Assembly: GCA_038087875.1 (NCBI GenBank)
Contig: CM075988.1
Location: 23,004,001-23,068,000 of the forward strand
Source: Malacoraja senta
Lineage: Eukaryota
Direction of reading: 5' to 3'
Length of the DNA: 64,000 nt
Shown here piece by piece: positions 53,007-64,000 of this stretch; the first letter of the stretch is position 1, and each line of letters begins with the position of its first letter. A program made the position numbers and the translations under genes. The notes below the pieces were generated by a model. That model saw only the letters and a program-made list of their open reading frames with translations. It was not told the DNA's origin and did not search any database.

Positions 53007-55077
53007 CTGGAACCACAAGTAAAAACAAACAAAAAAAAACAGAACGATTTAGCAACAATTTCTTCCCTGGCAAGCAGATTTGGAAGCGGTTGACAAACAA
53101 GTTGATGAATGCGGATTTGGAAATATTTCAAGTTCAGGGTGAAAACTGCCTCTCCGTCCAAACTGCAAGTGATGTTATTCGGAAATTTAAAAAACAAAAC
53201 AGGAAAATAAGCAGTGTGGGATTCGTGTGGAATGAAAAAAATTACAATTTCTTGAAATCGCATCGAAGATTGGACGCAAGCCTCGTTGCACAAGAAAGGG
53301 TGGAATTCTTTTAGCAACAAAAAAGAAGCAGGAGTCTTTTGCTTTGGCTTTTGAGCGGATAATGTGTGATTATTCGCCGTGGAGTGAGCTCTGTAGGGCG
53401 GGCGAGCGGACGGACTGTAATACATCAGGAGTGTCTCGGTGCCTAGAAATATCTGCGATAGATTTGGGTTGATGAATGTGGTTTACGCTCTGAGCTGATC
53501 ACTTGATTCCAGTCCTTGCGTTCAGCGAGGTAACTTTAATGTCCTTCAGTTCGACATTACTTTAAAATACTGTTGGCTCGAATGGAATCCGCTGCCTTTC
53601 AGATCTGTTTGGAGCTGGTCGGGGTTTTTGCGTTGGTTTGGTTGATTGCATTGATTGAGAGATGCAGCATGGAAACAGGCCCTTCGGCCCACCGAGCCCA
53701 CGCCGACCATCGGTCACCCCAGCTATGTGTGTTATCCTACTTTCTCATCCAATCCCTGCACATAAGGGGCTATTTCACAGAGGCCAATGAACCTAGGAAC
53801 CCGCACGTCTTTTGTGGATGCGGGAGGAAACCCAGGCGAGAACGTGCAAACTCCACACAGACAGCAGCCGAAGTCAGGATTCGACGCGGGTCACCGGGGC
53901 AGCGGCTCTACTAGCTGCACAACTATGTAGCAAAGATTGTTAGGTTCTTTCGAGCCAGGAGTATTCCTTAAATATATAAGGATTATAAGAATATAAATAT
54001 ATAAAAATTGCTGTAAAACTCAGCGGGCAAGATCTATAAGGAGGGAGTGAGAAGTCACCGATCATAGACTTAGCCTCCAGACCAATGCTGCCTCAGCAGC
54101 TCCGATCAAAGGCCAACGACTTGAAACGTTGCTTCTCTCTCCATGGATGCTGCCTGACCTGTTAATTCCGACAATCACCTGCAGAATTCCAGCATCTTGT
54201 ATTTCTGGTCACTGGCGGCTTAATTTAAAGCGCCCTGTCTCCAGTTCGGGCAGCTCATTCGGTGATAATTCTGAACAAGATACAGGAATCGCCTCACAAA
54301 CTGCCCCCATAGAACAGATTTCCAACGGGCGGGTATCACTGATGTCTCCGAGGTTAAAGCCAATGTAAACATAACAGCGCGTGGCGTGCGATTAATTACA
54401 ATTCTTACTGCTGCTTTCTGAATAAAGATTTTTATTTTGGATTGGGGAGGGGGGTGGGGGTGAAATGGGGGAGGGGAGATTTGGATTTTTGCCATTCACG
54501 TCTTACTTTAGGTCCCCCACGCTTCTGCCCCATCAGCTTGAGCGTTTGAATTTAAGGTGGGGTGGGGGGGTTGCCCGGTGTATAATCGACTGCAGCAGGT
54601 GAACAAGCTCTGGGAAACACGCTGGCCCACTGGCTTTTTGTGTGTGTCCACTCAGGGGTGTAATATGAGGGTTGGAGAGATTGCTGCATCTGAGAGCCGC
54701 CGTTTGCCTGGTAACAACCCAGCGAGAGAGGAAAGCCTTCAGCCAACAACAGCGGAGAAGCAGCGGTCACAGGGTTTTTGCGTTGAAACCGTGCCTTCCC
54801 ATTTGCAGCTGTGATGACGACCTTTTAAATGGAGTCACCTCTGCTAGTGAGATCGCTGGATGGCGGGCGACCCCTCTGTCTGATTCGTTCTAACCCATTC
54901 ATCTGCATTCCTTTCTCTCTATGTTTGTGTACCTGATTGGCGGATTGACTGACTTATGTGCTCTGTACTTTAATATGAAAGGATTGGGTGCATTATCTTG
55001 AAAGGCTGCAGGTTGAAATTGCTTGACCCTCTTTTGGGAGAGGTTAGTGCTGTGTCTTGGGTACCCTTTTAACTGAC

Positions 55078-55132
55078 CTGGATGTGAGAGAGCGGCTGGC
55101 TCGGCGATCTCTGGACTGTTGGCTCCGGTAAG
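55078..55132 (-). CDS. POU2AF3: POU2AF3/OCA-T2 (COLCA2)-like short internal coding exon
   Basis: On the minus strand, ttttttttaatatctttcag|CTT ACC GGA...CAT CCA G|gtcagt. The 55 nt read LTGANSPEIAEPAALSHP, phase 0 to 1, and join the 53006 exon in frame. Size and character resemble the human SGGSSVHLSDPVAPSSA-G segment (recalled). Confidence 0.7.
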
Positions 55133-58100
55133 CTGAAAGATATTAAAAAAAAACAATCCCAAGTAAACGGGGTGGGCTTTAGGCAAACGTGTGGGAGCAT
55201 TAAAAAAACCCAGCCTCAACCCGAGTAGCCAGGGATGAACTCGGATTTCTTACACTGATATCAACCAAATGCATTGCAAGTTAAGACACAGAGTGCTGGA
55301 GTAACTCAGCGGGTCAGGCAGCATCTCTATGGACAGGTCCCGAGCCGAAATGTCACCTCTCCATGTTCCCCAGAGATGCTGCCTGATGACCCGCTGAGTT
55401 CCTCCAACACTTTGCGACTTTATTTTTCCACCAGCATCTGCAGTTCCTTGTGTCTCCACTGTGAGTTATTTGCGTGTCATTTCTGTGCATGGCAGGCGGG
55501 TATTTGCGTGCAGATTTTTTGTTGGGACGATTTTTTTTACCCATTGTCGACCCTGGCTATTTATTTGCAGACCGGTAACCAAAGAACTTGCAAGCGATGA
55601 GTTATGGTGAAGATAAGACACAAAGAGCTGGAGTAACTCTGCGGGCCAGGTTAGCGTCTCTGGAGAGAAGGAATAGGTGGCGTTTCGGGTCGTTATAGCG
55701 CAGTTGGGGATTGGGTGGGAGTTTGTAATGAGGTTGATGTGTGGACCCGAGCGTGATAGATAGTACAGTCAAGTTGGTCAAAATCACACTTGTCTGGGTT
55801 TCTTCCCACTCACGTGACTTAAACTCAAGCCTGCCTGGATCGGATTTCAATTACATCACCCGGGACAGTCCCAGTACCAGATAGCTCTGGACTTTCTAAT
55901 CATTTTAACCCTGGAAATATTCTAGCAGTTTAACCGCGCTATCAGTTTAAACAGTGTATCTGTGTGCTTCGAATCTTATCATTGCCTGGACTTTCAGATG
56001 CGTTTCACTCCATGGCTAGACGCCAGGATCCTGGTGCTGTGGGCAGGGGGTTGGGATAATGTGTAGGTAGACTGTATGCCTCTATCCCGGGTGTGGTCCG
56101 GCCGGGATTTTCACAAACTGACGCTGTTGAGATTCGGAGTGAACTCGCGCCCGCAATGCACTTGATTGAATAGATAGATGCCTCTCAAACATGACAGACG
56201 GGGGGGGGGGGGGGTGTCGGTGGTGAGACGGTCCGGGTCTGAAGAAGGGTCTCGACCCGAAAGGTCACCCAATCCTTCGCTCCGGAGATGCTGCCCGTGT
56301 CCCCCCGCCGAGTTACTCCAGCATTTTGTGTCTATCTTCAGACTTGCTCAAAAAGTCAAATGTTGAATGTGGCAGAGATTCCTTCAGCCGTTTCCACGAG
56401 TGTTCTCTTCTCTTGGCGACATAGGTCGCGGCGAGTAGACCCGGCAATGTCACAGGGTCCAGCGGCCCTCTACCCCCCCCCCCCCCCCTGCTTCACTTCA
56501 TTTCGCTCGGGGCATCTCACTCCCTCTCTCTGCTGCAGTTTCAAAACTCTGCGTGGGCTGTTAACCATTTTGAGGGGGAGAAACCGGCTCATGTTTAGAC
56601 CAAGACCCCTCTTCAGTGAAGCATTAACTCTGAAGAGAGAGACACAAAATGCTGGAGTAACTCAGCGGGACAGGCAGCATCTCTGGAGAGAAGGAATAGG
56701 TGACGTTTCGGGTCGAGACCCTTCTTCAGACCCGAAACGTCACCTATCCAATTTCTCTAGCGATGCCGCCTGACCCGCTGAGTTACTCCAGCATTTCGTT
56801 TTTATCTTCGGTGTAAACCAACATCTGCAGTTCCTTCTTAAACATTAACCATGTTTCGCTGTCCACAGATGCTGCCTGTGTTCCCTGCGTTTTCTAATTT
56901 ATTTCAAATTCCCAATGTGTGAGGCGTTCTGCTTTTGCACTCTCGCTTTTGTCTAGATATATACAATGGCAATATCCATCCCTGCTCGAGCAATCCCCTT
57001 GATAATTGGAAATTAACTAACACGTCCCAACTCAAGCATGTGTACATAAATGGCCCTTGCGTGTCCGATATACTAAAAAGAGCGACGTGTATTGATACAG
57101 CGGAATTGAAACACATTGAGTCTACATCCAAAAAAACTCACAAGGACTCGGCTCTGTGACGCTTCTGATTTCAGATCCGCTTCATAACAAGAGTTTTTCC
57201 TAGCCGGAGAATGAATAGCGGTTTCCATAAGAGTATGGAGATGTATTTTTTATAGAAAAGGGTCAGTTTTTTGCACTGGTACTGTTATTGGAACATCTCA
57301 TTGACAGATGTTAAGTGTGCAACAATTTTGAGACCGTGTACTTTAACCTGCCATTATCACACCGATAGTGTTCAGCTGGTGCTGAATACATACAACGTTT
57401 ACCGTTGAAAGTGTAGTATATACCTTCCCCTAGCTAACAATAATCTATTCTACATTTTCCTTGATCCTCGTGCCATTTGATCTCTCATTTTCACACCTTA
57501 CCCTTCCATATCTCTGTGTCTCCCTTTCCCTCTCCCTCCCCCGAGTTCGATTTAGCTCTGATGGCTAAGGGAATCAAGGGATATGGGGAAAAAGCAGGAA
57601 CGGGGTACCGATTTTGGATGATCAGCCATGATCACATTGAATGGCGGTGCTGGTTCGAAGGGCCGAATGGCCTACTCCTGCACCTATTGTCTACGTGTCT
57701 ATGTTTCCCTTGAATCTCAGTCTAAAGAAGGGTCTCGACCCGAAACGTCACCCATTCCTTCTCCCCAGAGATGCTGCCCGTCCCGCCGAGTTTACTGCAG
57801 CATTTTGTGTCTATCTTCGATGTAAACCAGCATCTGCAGTTCCTTTCTACACGTGTAGTAGATGGAGGCTGGCGACAAGGGATCTGGGAGCATGCAAGTT
57901 GGGCTCTTTGAGGACAATTTCACTCCCAACACTTTATTAGGCCGGGGTATTAATCATCTGTGTTTAAATCTGTCACTATTTAAATCGCAAGGTCATCGGA
58001 TTACATGCACACTTAGAATCATAGAGTGATACAGCACTGATACAGGCCCTTCGGCCCAACTCGTCCATGGTGACCAAGATGCCCCATCTAAAATAGTCAA

Positions 58101-58699
58101 ATTTTCTGCTTTTAGCCCATGTCCATCAAAACGGTTCCCGTCCATGTACCTGTCAAAGAGTCTTTTAAATGATGTTACAACTACCTCCTTTGGCAACTCG
58201 TTCCATATACCCACCAACCATTTGAGTGAAAAAGTTGCCTCTAAGGTCCGTACTAAATCTTGCCCCACTCACCTTAAACATATGTCCTGTTGTTTTTTTA
58301 TTCCCCGAGCCAGGGTAAAAGACCCTGTGCATTCAGCCTATCCATTCCCCCACGTGATTTTAAACACCTCTATACTGTCACCCCCACAGCTTCCTGCGCT
58401 CCAAGGAGTTCAAGTTGTTGATCCTTCAAAACTGAAACATCAGAGCTGACTGAAGTTGCACAAATCAATCATGTATCAAAATTGTATGGAGTTGGAAATG
58501 TCATACCATTTAGCTTCAGCTTTTAGCTTCAACTTAGCTTTGAGTGTTGCTACAACAATTACATTCAGTGTTAAAATGCCCAAGGCTAAACACCTTAATA
58601 TGTAAATCAGTGTTGCATTTCGACATGATTTCTACTAGAAAGCAGGCAAATGTTTCAGGTGCGTGCCATTTGTGTTTAATTTAGTTTAGTTTAGTTTGA

Positions 58700-59205
58700 G
58701 CTACAGGGAAAAGCTTTTGTCTGCATCTAATCAAAGAGAAGACTATACATAAGTACACTCAAGCCATCCACAGTGCAGAAAAAGGATAAAGGGCACAACA
58801 TTTAGTGCAAGACAATAAACCAGTAAAGACCAATTAAAGATAGTTCAAATGTCTCCACTGAGGTAGATGGGAGATCAGGACCGCACTCTAGCTGATTAGA
58901 GGACCATTCGGTTGACTGGGATAACTGCTGGGATGATACTGTCCCTGAAACTGGAGGTATGCATTTTCATCCTTCTATACCTCTTGCCTGTTGGGAGAGG
59001 GGAGAAGAGGGTGCGACTGGGGCGAGACTGGTCCTTGATTATGCTGGTGGCCTTGCCGAGGCAGCGTGAGGTGTAGATGGAGTCGATGGAAGGGAGGTTG
59101 GTTCGTGTGATGGTCTGGGCTAACATTTGGGCCACAACCCTCTGCAGTTTCTTGCAGTCTTGGTTGGAACTGTTCCCAAACCAAGCTGTGATGCATCCCT
59201 ATAAA
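58700..59205 (-). mobile_element. Rex1/Babar-type LINE 3' fragment (related copy at about 49060-49575 on +)
   Basis: LPSIDSIYTSRCLGKATSIIKD...LFSPLPTGKRYR...FRDSIIPAVI is the typical C-terminus of this clade. Confidence 0.7.
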
Positions 59206-59344
59206 ATGTTTTCAAGTCCAAAATGCTGCTCCCTTTATCCTTTATCTGATCATAATCATGTATAGTCCCAGTTGTATATTACCAACATCATCGAATGTTA
59301 TTTTGCAAATATATAATAAGACAAATTATATTTGTTAGTCTTCT

Positions 59345-59705
59345 GCATCCTTGCAGAACCTCCCAAAGCACTCTAGTGCCAAAGGTGTACTTCTGAAGTA
59401 TCATTGCTGTTGGCAGACACTGTTGATAACAAGCAATGTAATGATGACCTGATCACTTGTTTTTAGTGGGGTTGAGAAGGGAGGAAATGGTGATTGGACA
59501 TGGAGGATAACTCTCCAGTACGTGAGATATGGAGCCCATCATGCCTATCTATGAGGGCAACATTTTTATGTCTCATCTTAAAGACAGTGCCGCAGAGAGT
59601 TGAGCACCCAGCTAGATAATTGCATCCAAGCCTCCAGAATAGATCGTTAAGCCTGAACCTTCCAAATGAAAGGCAACAGTTTGACCAACTGAACTGTAGC
59701 TGACG
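59345..59705 (-). mobile_element. Degraded DeuSINE-type remnant (another at about 60160-60680 on +)
   Basis: TCTCATCTTAAAGACAGTGCC...GAACCTTCC...ACCAACTGAAC resembles the reverse Deu-domain consensus (recalled). Confidence 0.4.
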
Positions 59706-61126
59706 CTGTCAAGATCTTGATACTTGATACTTGATACGTAAAAATGTTGGAATTTGAAATTCACAACCTCTAAACTTTAACCTCAAGTTGCCTGTGAATA
59801 TTTCAATCAAGAAAAGGTTGACTAGCCAAACAACTCTCTTTTCACTTAAGATTCCAGTTTTGGTTTTCAGGAAGGGCTTTCAGGAAGTCTGAAAATTTGG
59901 ACACCTCAATAGCAATAGGGACAACATGGTTAATGTAGTGAAACATTCCTCGGTTCTTCACAAAATGGGTATCACCAATGTCTTGTGTGAAGCTAATACT
60001 GAATCACGACCATCACCAGGAACTTGCATTCTAAATGGGAAGTCAAGGTGACAGTCCTCTCTCTGTATTAGAAAATGTTTGCTGTTTTTCAAATTCTTTG
60101 TTCTCAAGATTGAAGACAATGTTATTCCTAAGAGACTGGTCCAGTTATCAGGCATTAAGGATGACTCAGAAAGTTGTGGTTTCAAGTCCCCCCTTCAGAG
60201 TTCTGATACAAATCTAGGCTGAGTCTAGATAGACACAAAAAGCTGGAGTAACTCAGCAGGACAGGCAGCATCTCTGGAGAGAAGGAACGGGTGATGTTTC
60301 GGGTCGAGACCCATCTTCAAGAAGCGTCACCCATTCTTTCTCTACAGAGATGCTGACTGTCCCATTGAGTTACCCCAGCTTTTGTGTCTAGCTTCGGTTT
60401 AATACCAGCATCTGCTGTTCCTTCTTACACATAGACTGAGTCTAGCATTGGTACTATTGGCAGCTATCTTAATAAACCAAGACAATTATTCTTAATCAGT
60501 CAATTGTCTTCATGGATGTAAACTGTCCTGAGGGAAAGAGCATGAACCCAGATGTATACATCACATATACAACATCAATGTAATTGCTGTGCCTCCTATA
60601 TTACAAAAGTGACTGAATTTCAAAGATGCTGCTTTAGTTTTCAGGCATTAAAAAACATGCTCAATAAATGTCTTTCTTTCTCAAACCGACTAACTTAAGG
60701 GGCTATTAAAACCAAAACATGAACTAGTTAAAAACATTACAGAAAATCCATTTCCCCAGAAGCAAAATCAAATCTTACAATTTTACCGCAAGGAGAAGTG
60801 AACCAACGTCGGCACCTTCTCCCCTGACCAACGTCCTCAACAATGAGGTCCCAGTTGGACTCAGTCAGCTTCATTGGACAGGTGAAGCCATTCACACATC
60901 CAAACCCAGATTCCCAAAATAGAAATGATTCCAAATTCCGTCAGAGGAAATAATCAACCAGGTGGACAAAGTGAAACTCAAGTGTGGCTGGAAGATTCCT
61001 TAAAAAATAACTGCTCAAAGAGGGAAGGGTTGCTCTGACAGGTGAGATAATCCATAGATTTAGGACATCTTCCAGATGTAGTGGAGATGGAGAGTTTATT
61101 TGCTGCCAGCAGGGGATTTGCCTGCA

Positions 61127-61326
61127 NNNNNNNNNNNNNNNNNNNNNNNNNNNNNNNNNNNNNNNNNNNNNNNNNNNNNNNNNNNNNNNNNNNNNNNNNN
61201 NNNNNNNNNNNNNNNNNNNNNNNNNNNNNNNNNNNNNNNNNNNNNNNNNNNNNNNNNNNNNNNNNNNNNNNNNNNNNNNNNNNNNNNNNNNNNNNNNNNN
61301 NNNNNNNNNNNNNNNNNNNNNNNNNN
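61127..61326. other. Assembly gap (200 N)
   Basis: Run of exactly 200 N. Confidence 0.99.
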
Positions 61327-64000
61327 GATTAGTTGGTTGATTGATTGATTGGTTGATTAGTTGACAAGTCCACGCCAACCATCGATCACCCATTCACACA
61401 AGTTCTATTCCCCTCCAGCTCTTCGCAATACTCAAGGCTCCATCCACTCTTTGGACTTTAAACTTTAGAGATACTTTAGACACACTCATATCTATTGTTT
61501 CAGTACTCATACTTCAGTAGACTCATAATGTTTCCTCTAAAATGTGGCACTGGATTTTTAATTCTCACTTGAGTAATTAAGTACGGAGTTCATGTTCAGA
61601 AGAACCTATTGCACTAGTTATGGCACTAAACTACCAGCCTAGCTTATATCATAGAACGGGCTTTGAACCAACTGTACAGAGAAACAAACACAAAGTGCTG
61701 GAGTTTGCATGTTCTCCCCGTGACCACGAGGGTTTCCCCCGGGTGCTCCGGTTTCCTCCCACACTCCAAAGACGCGCAGGTTTGTAGGTTAATTGGCTTG
61801 GTAAAATTGTAAATTGTCCCTAGTGTGTGTAGGATAGTGTTAGTGTGTGGGGATCGCTTGTCGGTGCGGACTCGGTGGGCCTGTTTCAGCACTGTATCTC
61901 TAAACTAAACTAAACATTGTGTCGTTTTTGCTCAAGATTTCAGCATCTGCAGTTCCTTCTGTCTCCCGTGTACAGATATGAGAGCTCATTACATTTGGCG
62001 ACATAAATCTCTTCGAATGTACACATTTATAATTGTACCGTTCCTATTAGATTGCAGGATCTCCTGCCTACGCTTCAATGGATTACGAATATTCCACCCA
62101 GCGTGTTGCATTGTCGCCACAAGACTTCTGTCCACCTTCGCACTTGGAACCTAAGTCCTTTTACCCGACTTCGGAAGAGTACTTCGCCCACCAACACTAC
62201 AGCTGCACGTCAGCTATCTGCTCCATCTTTTCCTGCATGCCAGACAACATGGAGATGGGCTCGGTGTCTGAAAACGGGTCCTTCACAATCCCAGACTACA
62301 GGGACTATTCATCGGGATTTCTCACAGAGGATCTCTGGAGGGGAACCCTAAGTGAATGTTTGGACTATTGAAAAAATTATCAGGAATGTTTTGCAATCTT
62401 CTTTCTTATGCGCCTGTAAATAATTTTAGTTGTGTTTAAATGTGAGTAATTCCTCTGAACAAGAATGTAAAACCAGTGTGGCCAAGCCATCCAGACCCAG
62501 AGTAGTAGAATTACTGCTGCCTTAACTTTTCTTCATTCATTTTCTCTGTAACTTTTTTTCACGCTCCATCCAATTATAATGTATTTTTGCAAGGGGGTTA
62601 GTACCATGTGCTGCTGCTCCCTATGTCTCCTGGTCGCATATTCTACCTTAGGTAGTTAATTCGTTTGTTTAGTTTATTGTCACGGTACACAGCTACAGTG
62701 AAAAGTTTTTATGTTGCATGCTAACCTGCCAGCATGATTATAATCGAGCCGTCCACAATGCACAGATACATGATAATGGGAATAACGTTTAATGCAAGAT
62801 AAAACCCAGTAAAGTCTGATTAAAGATAGTCCCAGTGTTTCCAAAGAGGTAGATGATAGCTCGGGAGTCTGACCTAGTTGGTGATAGGATGGATCAATTG
62901 TCTGATGTTAACTGGAAAGAAACTGTCCCTGAATCTGGAGGTATGCGTTTTCAAACTTCAGTGCCTCTTGCCTGATGGGAGAGGGGAGAAGATGACTAGG
63001 TTAGACTCATCCTTGATTTTGCCGGTGGTCTTGTGTGAAGTGTAGATGGAATTAATAGAAAGGAGGTTGTCCGGGCGGTGTGATGGTCCGGGCTGCGTCC
63101 ACAATTCTTTGTCATTTCTTGCGGTCTTGGATGGAGCTGTAGCCAAACCATGCAGTGATAAAATGCTTTCCACGGCACATCTGTCTGTGGTCACGGAAAT
63201 ATCAACACGTTGGATTCTGGAAACATTAGTTAAATACTTTTCAGCAGTAACTGATCTGTAAAACAGGGCACTGAGATGAAGAATAATAGCTACTCTGCTA
63301 ATATACAGGTCTTCCTAGCCTGTATGTTTTTACTAACCACTGGATAAACCTATTGAGCCACACAGATAAGGAGGATCCTTGCTAAGTCAGCTTGCCATTT
63401 ACTGTGAGCTTCGGGATATTTTAGTTTTGCTTTTGCGGGAACATGCTAACATTTGGGATGCTTTCTGCTTTTATTGTTAGTGAAGAGCATTTACATGTTA
63501 AATATGCAGCAGTCAGCAAATTCCACCATCCTAACAATGAATGCAACCAGTGATCTGAAAATCCATCCAATCGATGCACTAATAATCCCATTCCCGATTT
63601 CACGTGATAAATGTGGATGGAGAAGTGATTTGAATCACCACAGTTCATTCACTTGAAAGAACTACTCTTTCCTTATTTCAGAATTCATTCAACAGTTACT
63701 TGATTCCAATACCTTTTCTTTTCATAGAAATGTATTCTTATGATCAGGTGTGTGACATTTTTTATCTCGAACGTTGACTGCTGTTTGCCATGATTTTTAT
63801 CGCTTTGCCAAAGTTCACCCATTACTGTATGTTACCCTAAAGCAATCGGCGACTAATCATTTAATGCACACACTTCTGAAGCCACACCAACCAATTTTAA
63901 GATTATAATTTTAATGCAAGCTACTTAAATGTAATTTATGTTTTTTATACCTTTAAAAAATTGAACGACCATTTATTACAAAACATTTTCATCATTTTGT
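61327..64000. repeat. Inverted duplicate of 48245-50918 (runs off the window end)
   Basis: Position x pairs with 112245-x at both ends and at the mirrored ORFs (62078/50167, 63453/48792, 61644/50601), so there is no net indel. It begins exactly at the gap edge. Confidence 0.97.
62051..62371 (+). CDS. POU2AF3: Second copy of the POU2AF3-like last coding exon (within the inverted duplicate)
   Basis: Encodes the same protein as 49874-50194. One synonymous difference was seen (CCA at 62117-62119 versus CCG). Probably a haplotype or assembly duplicate. Confidence 0.7.
   Translation: MAGSPAYASMDYEYSTQRVALSPQDFCPPSHLEPKSFYPTSEEYFAHQHYSCTSAICSIFSCMPDNMEMGSVSENGSFTIPDYRDYSSGFLTEDLWRGTLSECLDY

Noticed and set aside
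55814..55910. Exon-like AG...GTGAGT segment on the minus strand
   Set aside because: Stop codons occur in all three frames.
56981..57010. OCA peptide exon (YQG on the minus strand)
   Set aside because: It reads SNYQGDCSSR, not VYQGVRVK, and has no supporting exon structure.

Overview
Repeat-rich vertebrate genomic DNA. The V-SINE/HE1-type SINEs, CR1, Rex1/Babar and Penelope content points to a cartilaginous fish, probably a skate or ray (inference). It contains part of the OCA coactivator cluster. The last three coding exons of POU2AF2 (C11orf53/OCA-T1) lie on + (865-910, 1966-2273, 9930-10367). Three coding exons of a POU2AF3 (COLCA2/OCA-T2)-like gene lie on - (55078-55132, 52786-53006, 49874-50194). 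I could not find the exon encoding the OCA peptide (VYQGVRVK-like) for either gene. The contig between two 200-N gaps (39571-61126) looks misoriented, and 61327-64000 is a near-perfect inverted copy of 48245-50918, including a second copy of the POU2AF3 last exon. The most notable hidden structure is an abundant Penelope-derived short element. It carries a minimal hammerhead-ribozyme core (CTGAAGA-stem II-GAAACGTC), often occurs as inverted pairs and is flanked by 12-15 bp target-site duplications. A cluster of octamer (ATGCAAAT) motifs sits at about 36.05-36.39 kb, within the CpG-rich region that may hold the POU2AF3 promoter. Gene and repeat-family names rest on recalled sequences, not database searches, and repeat boundaries are approximate.
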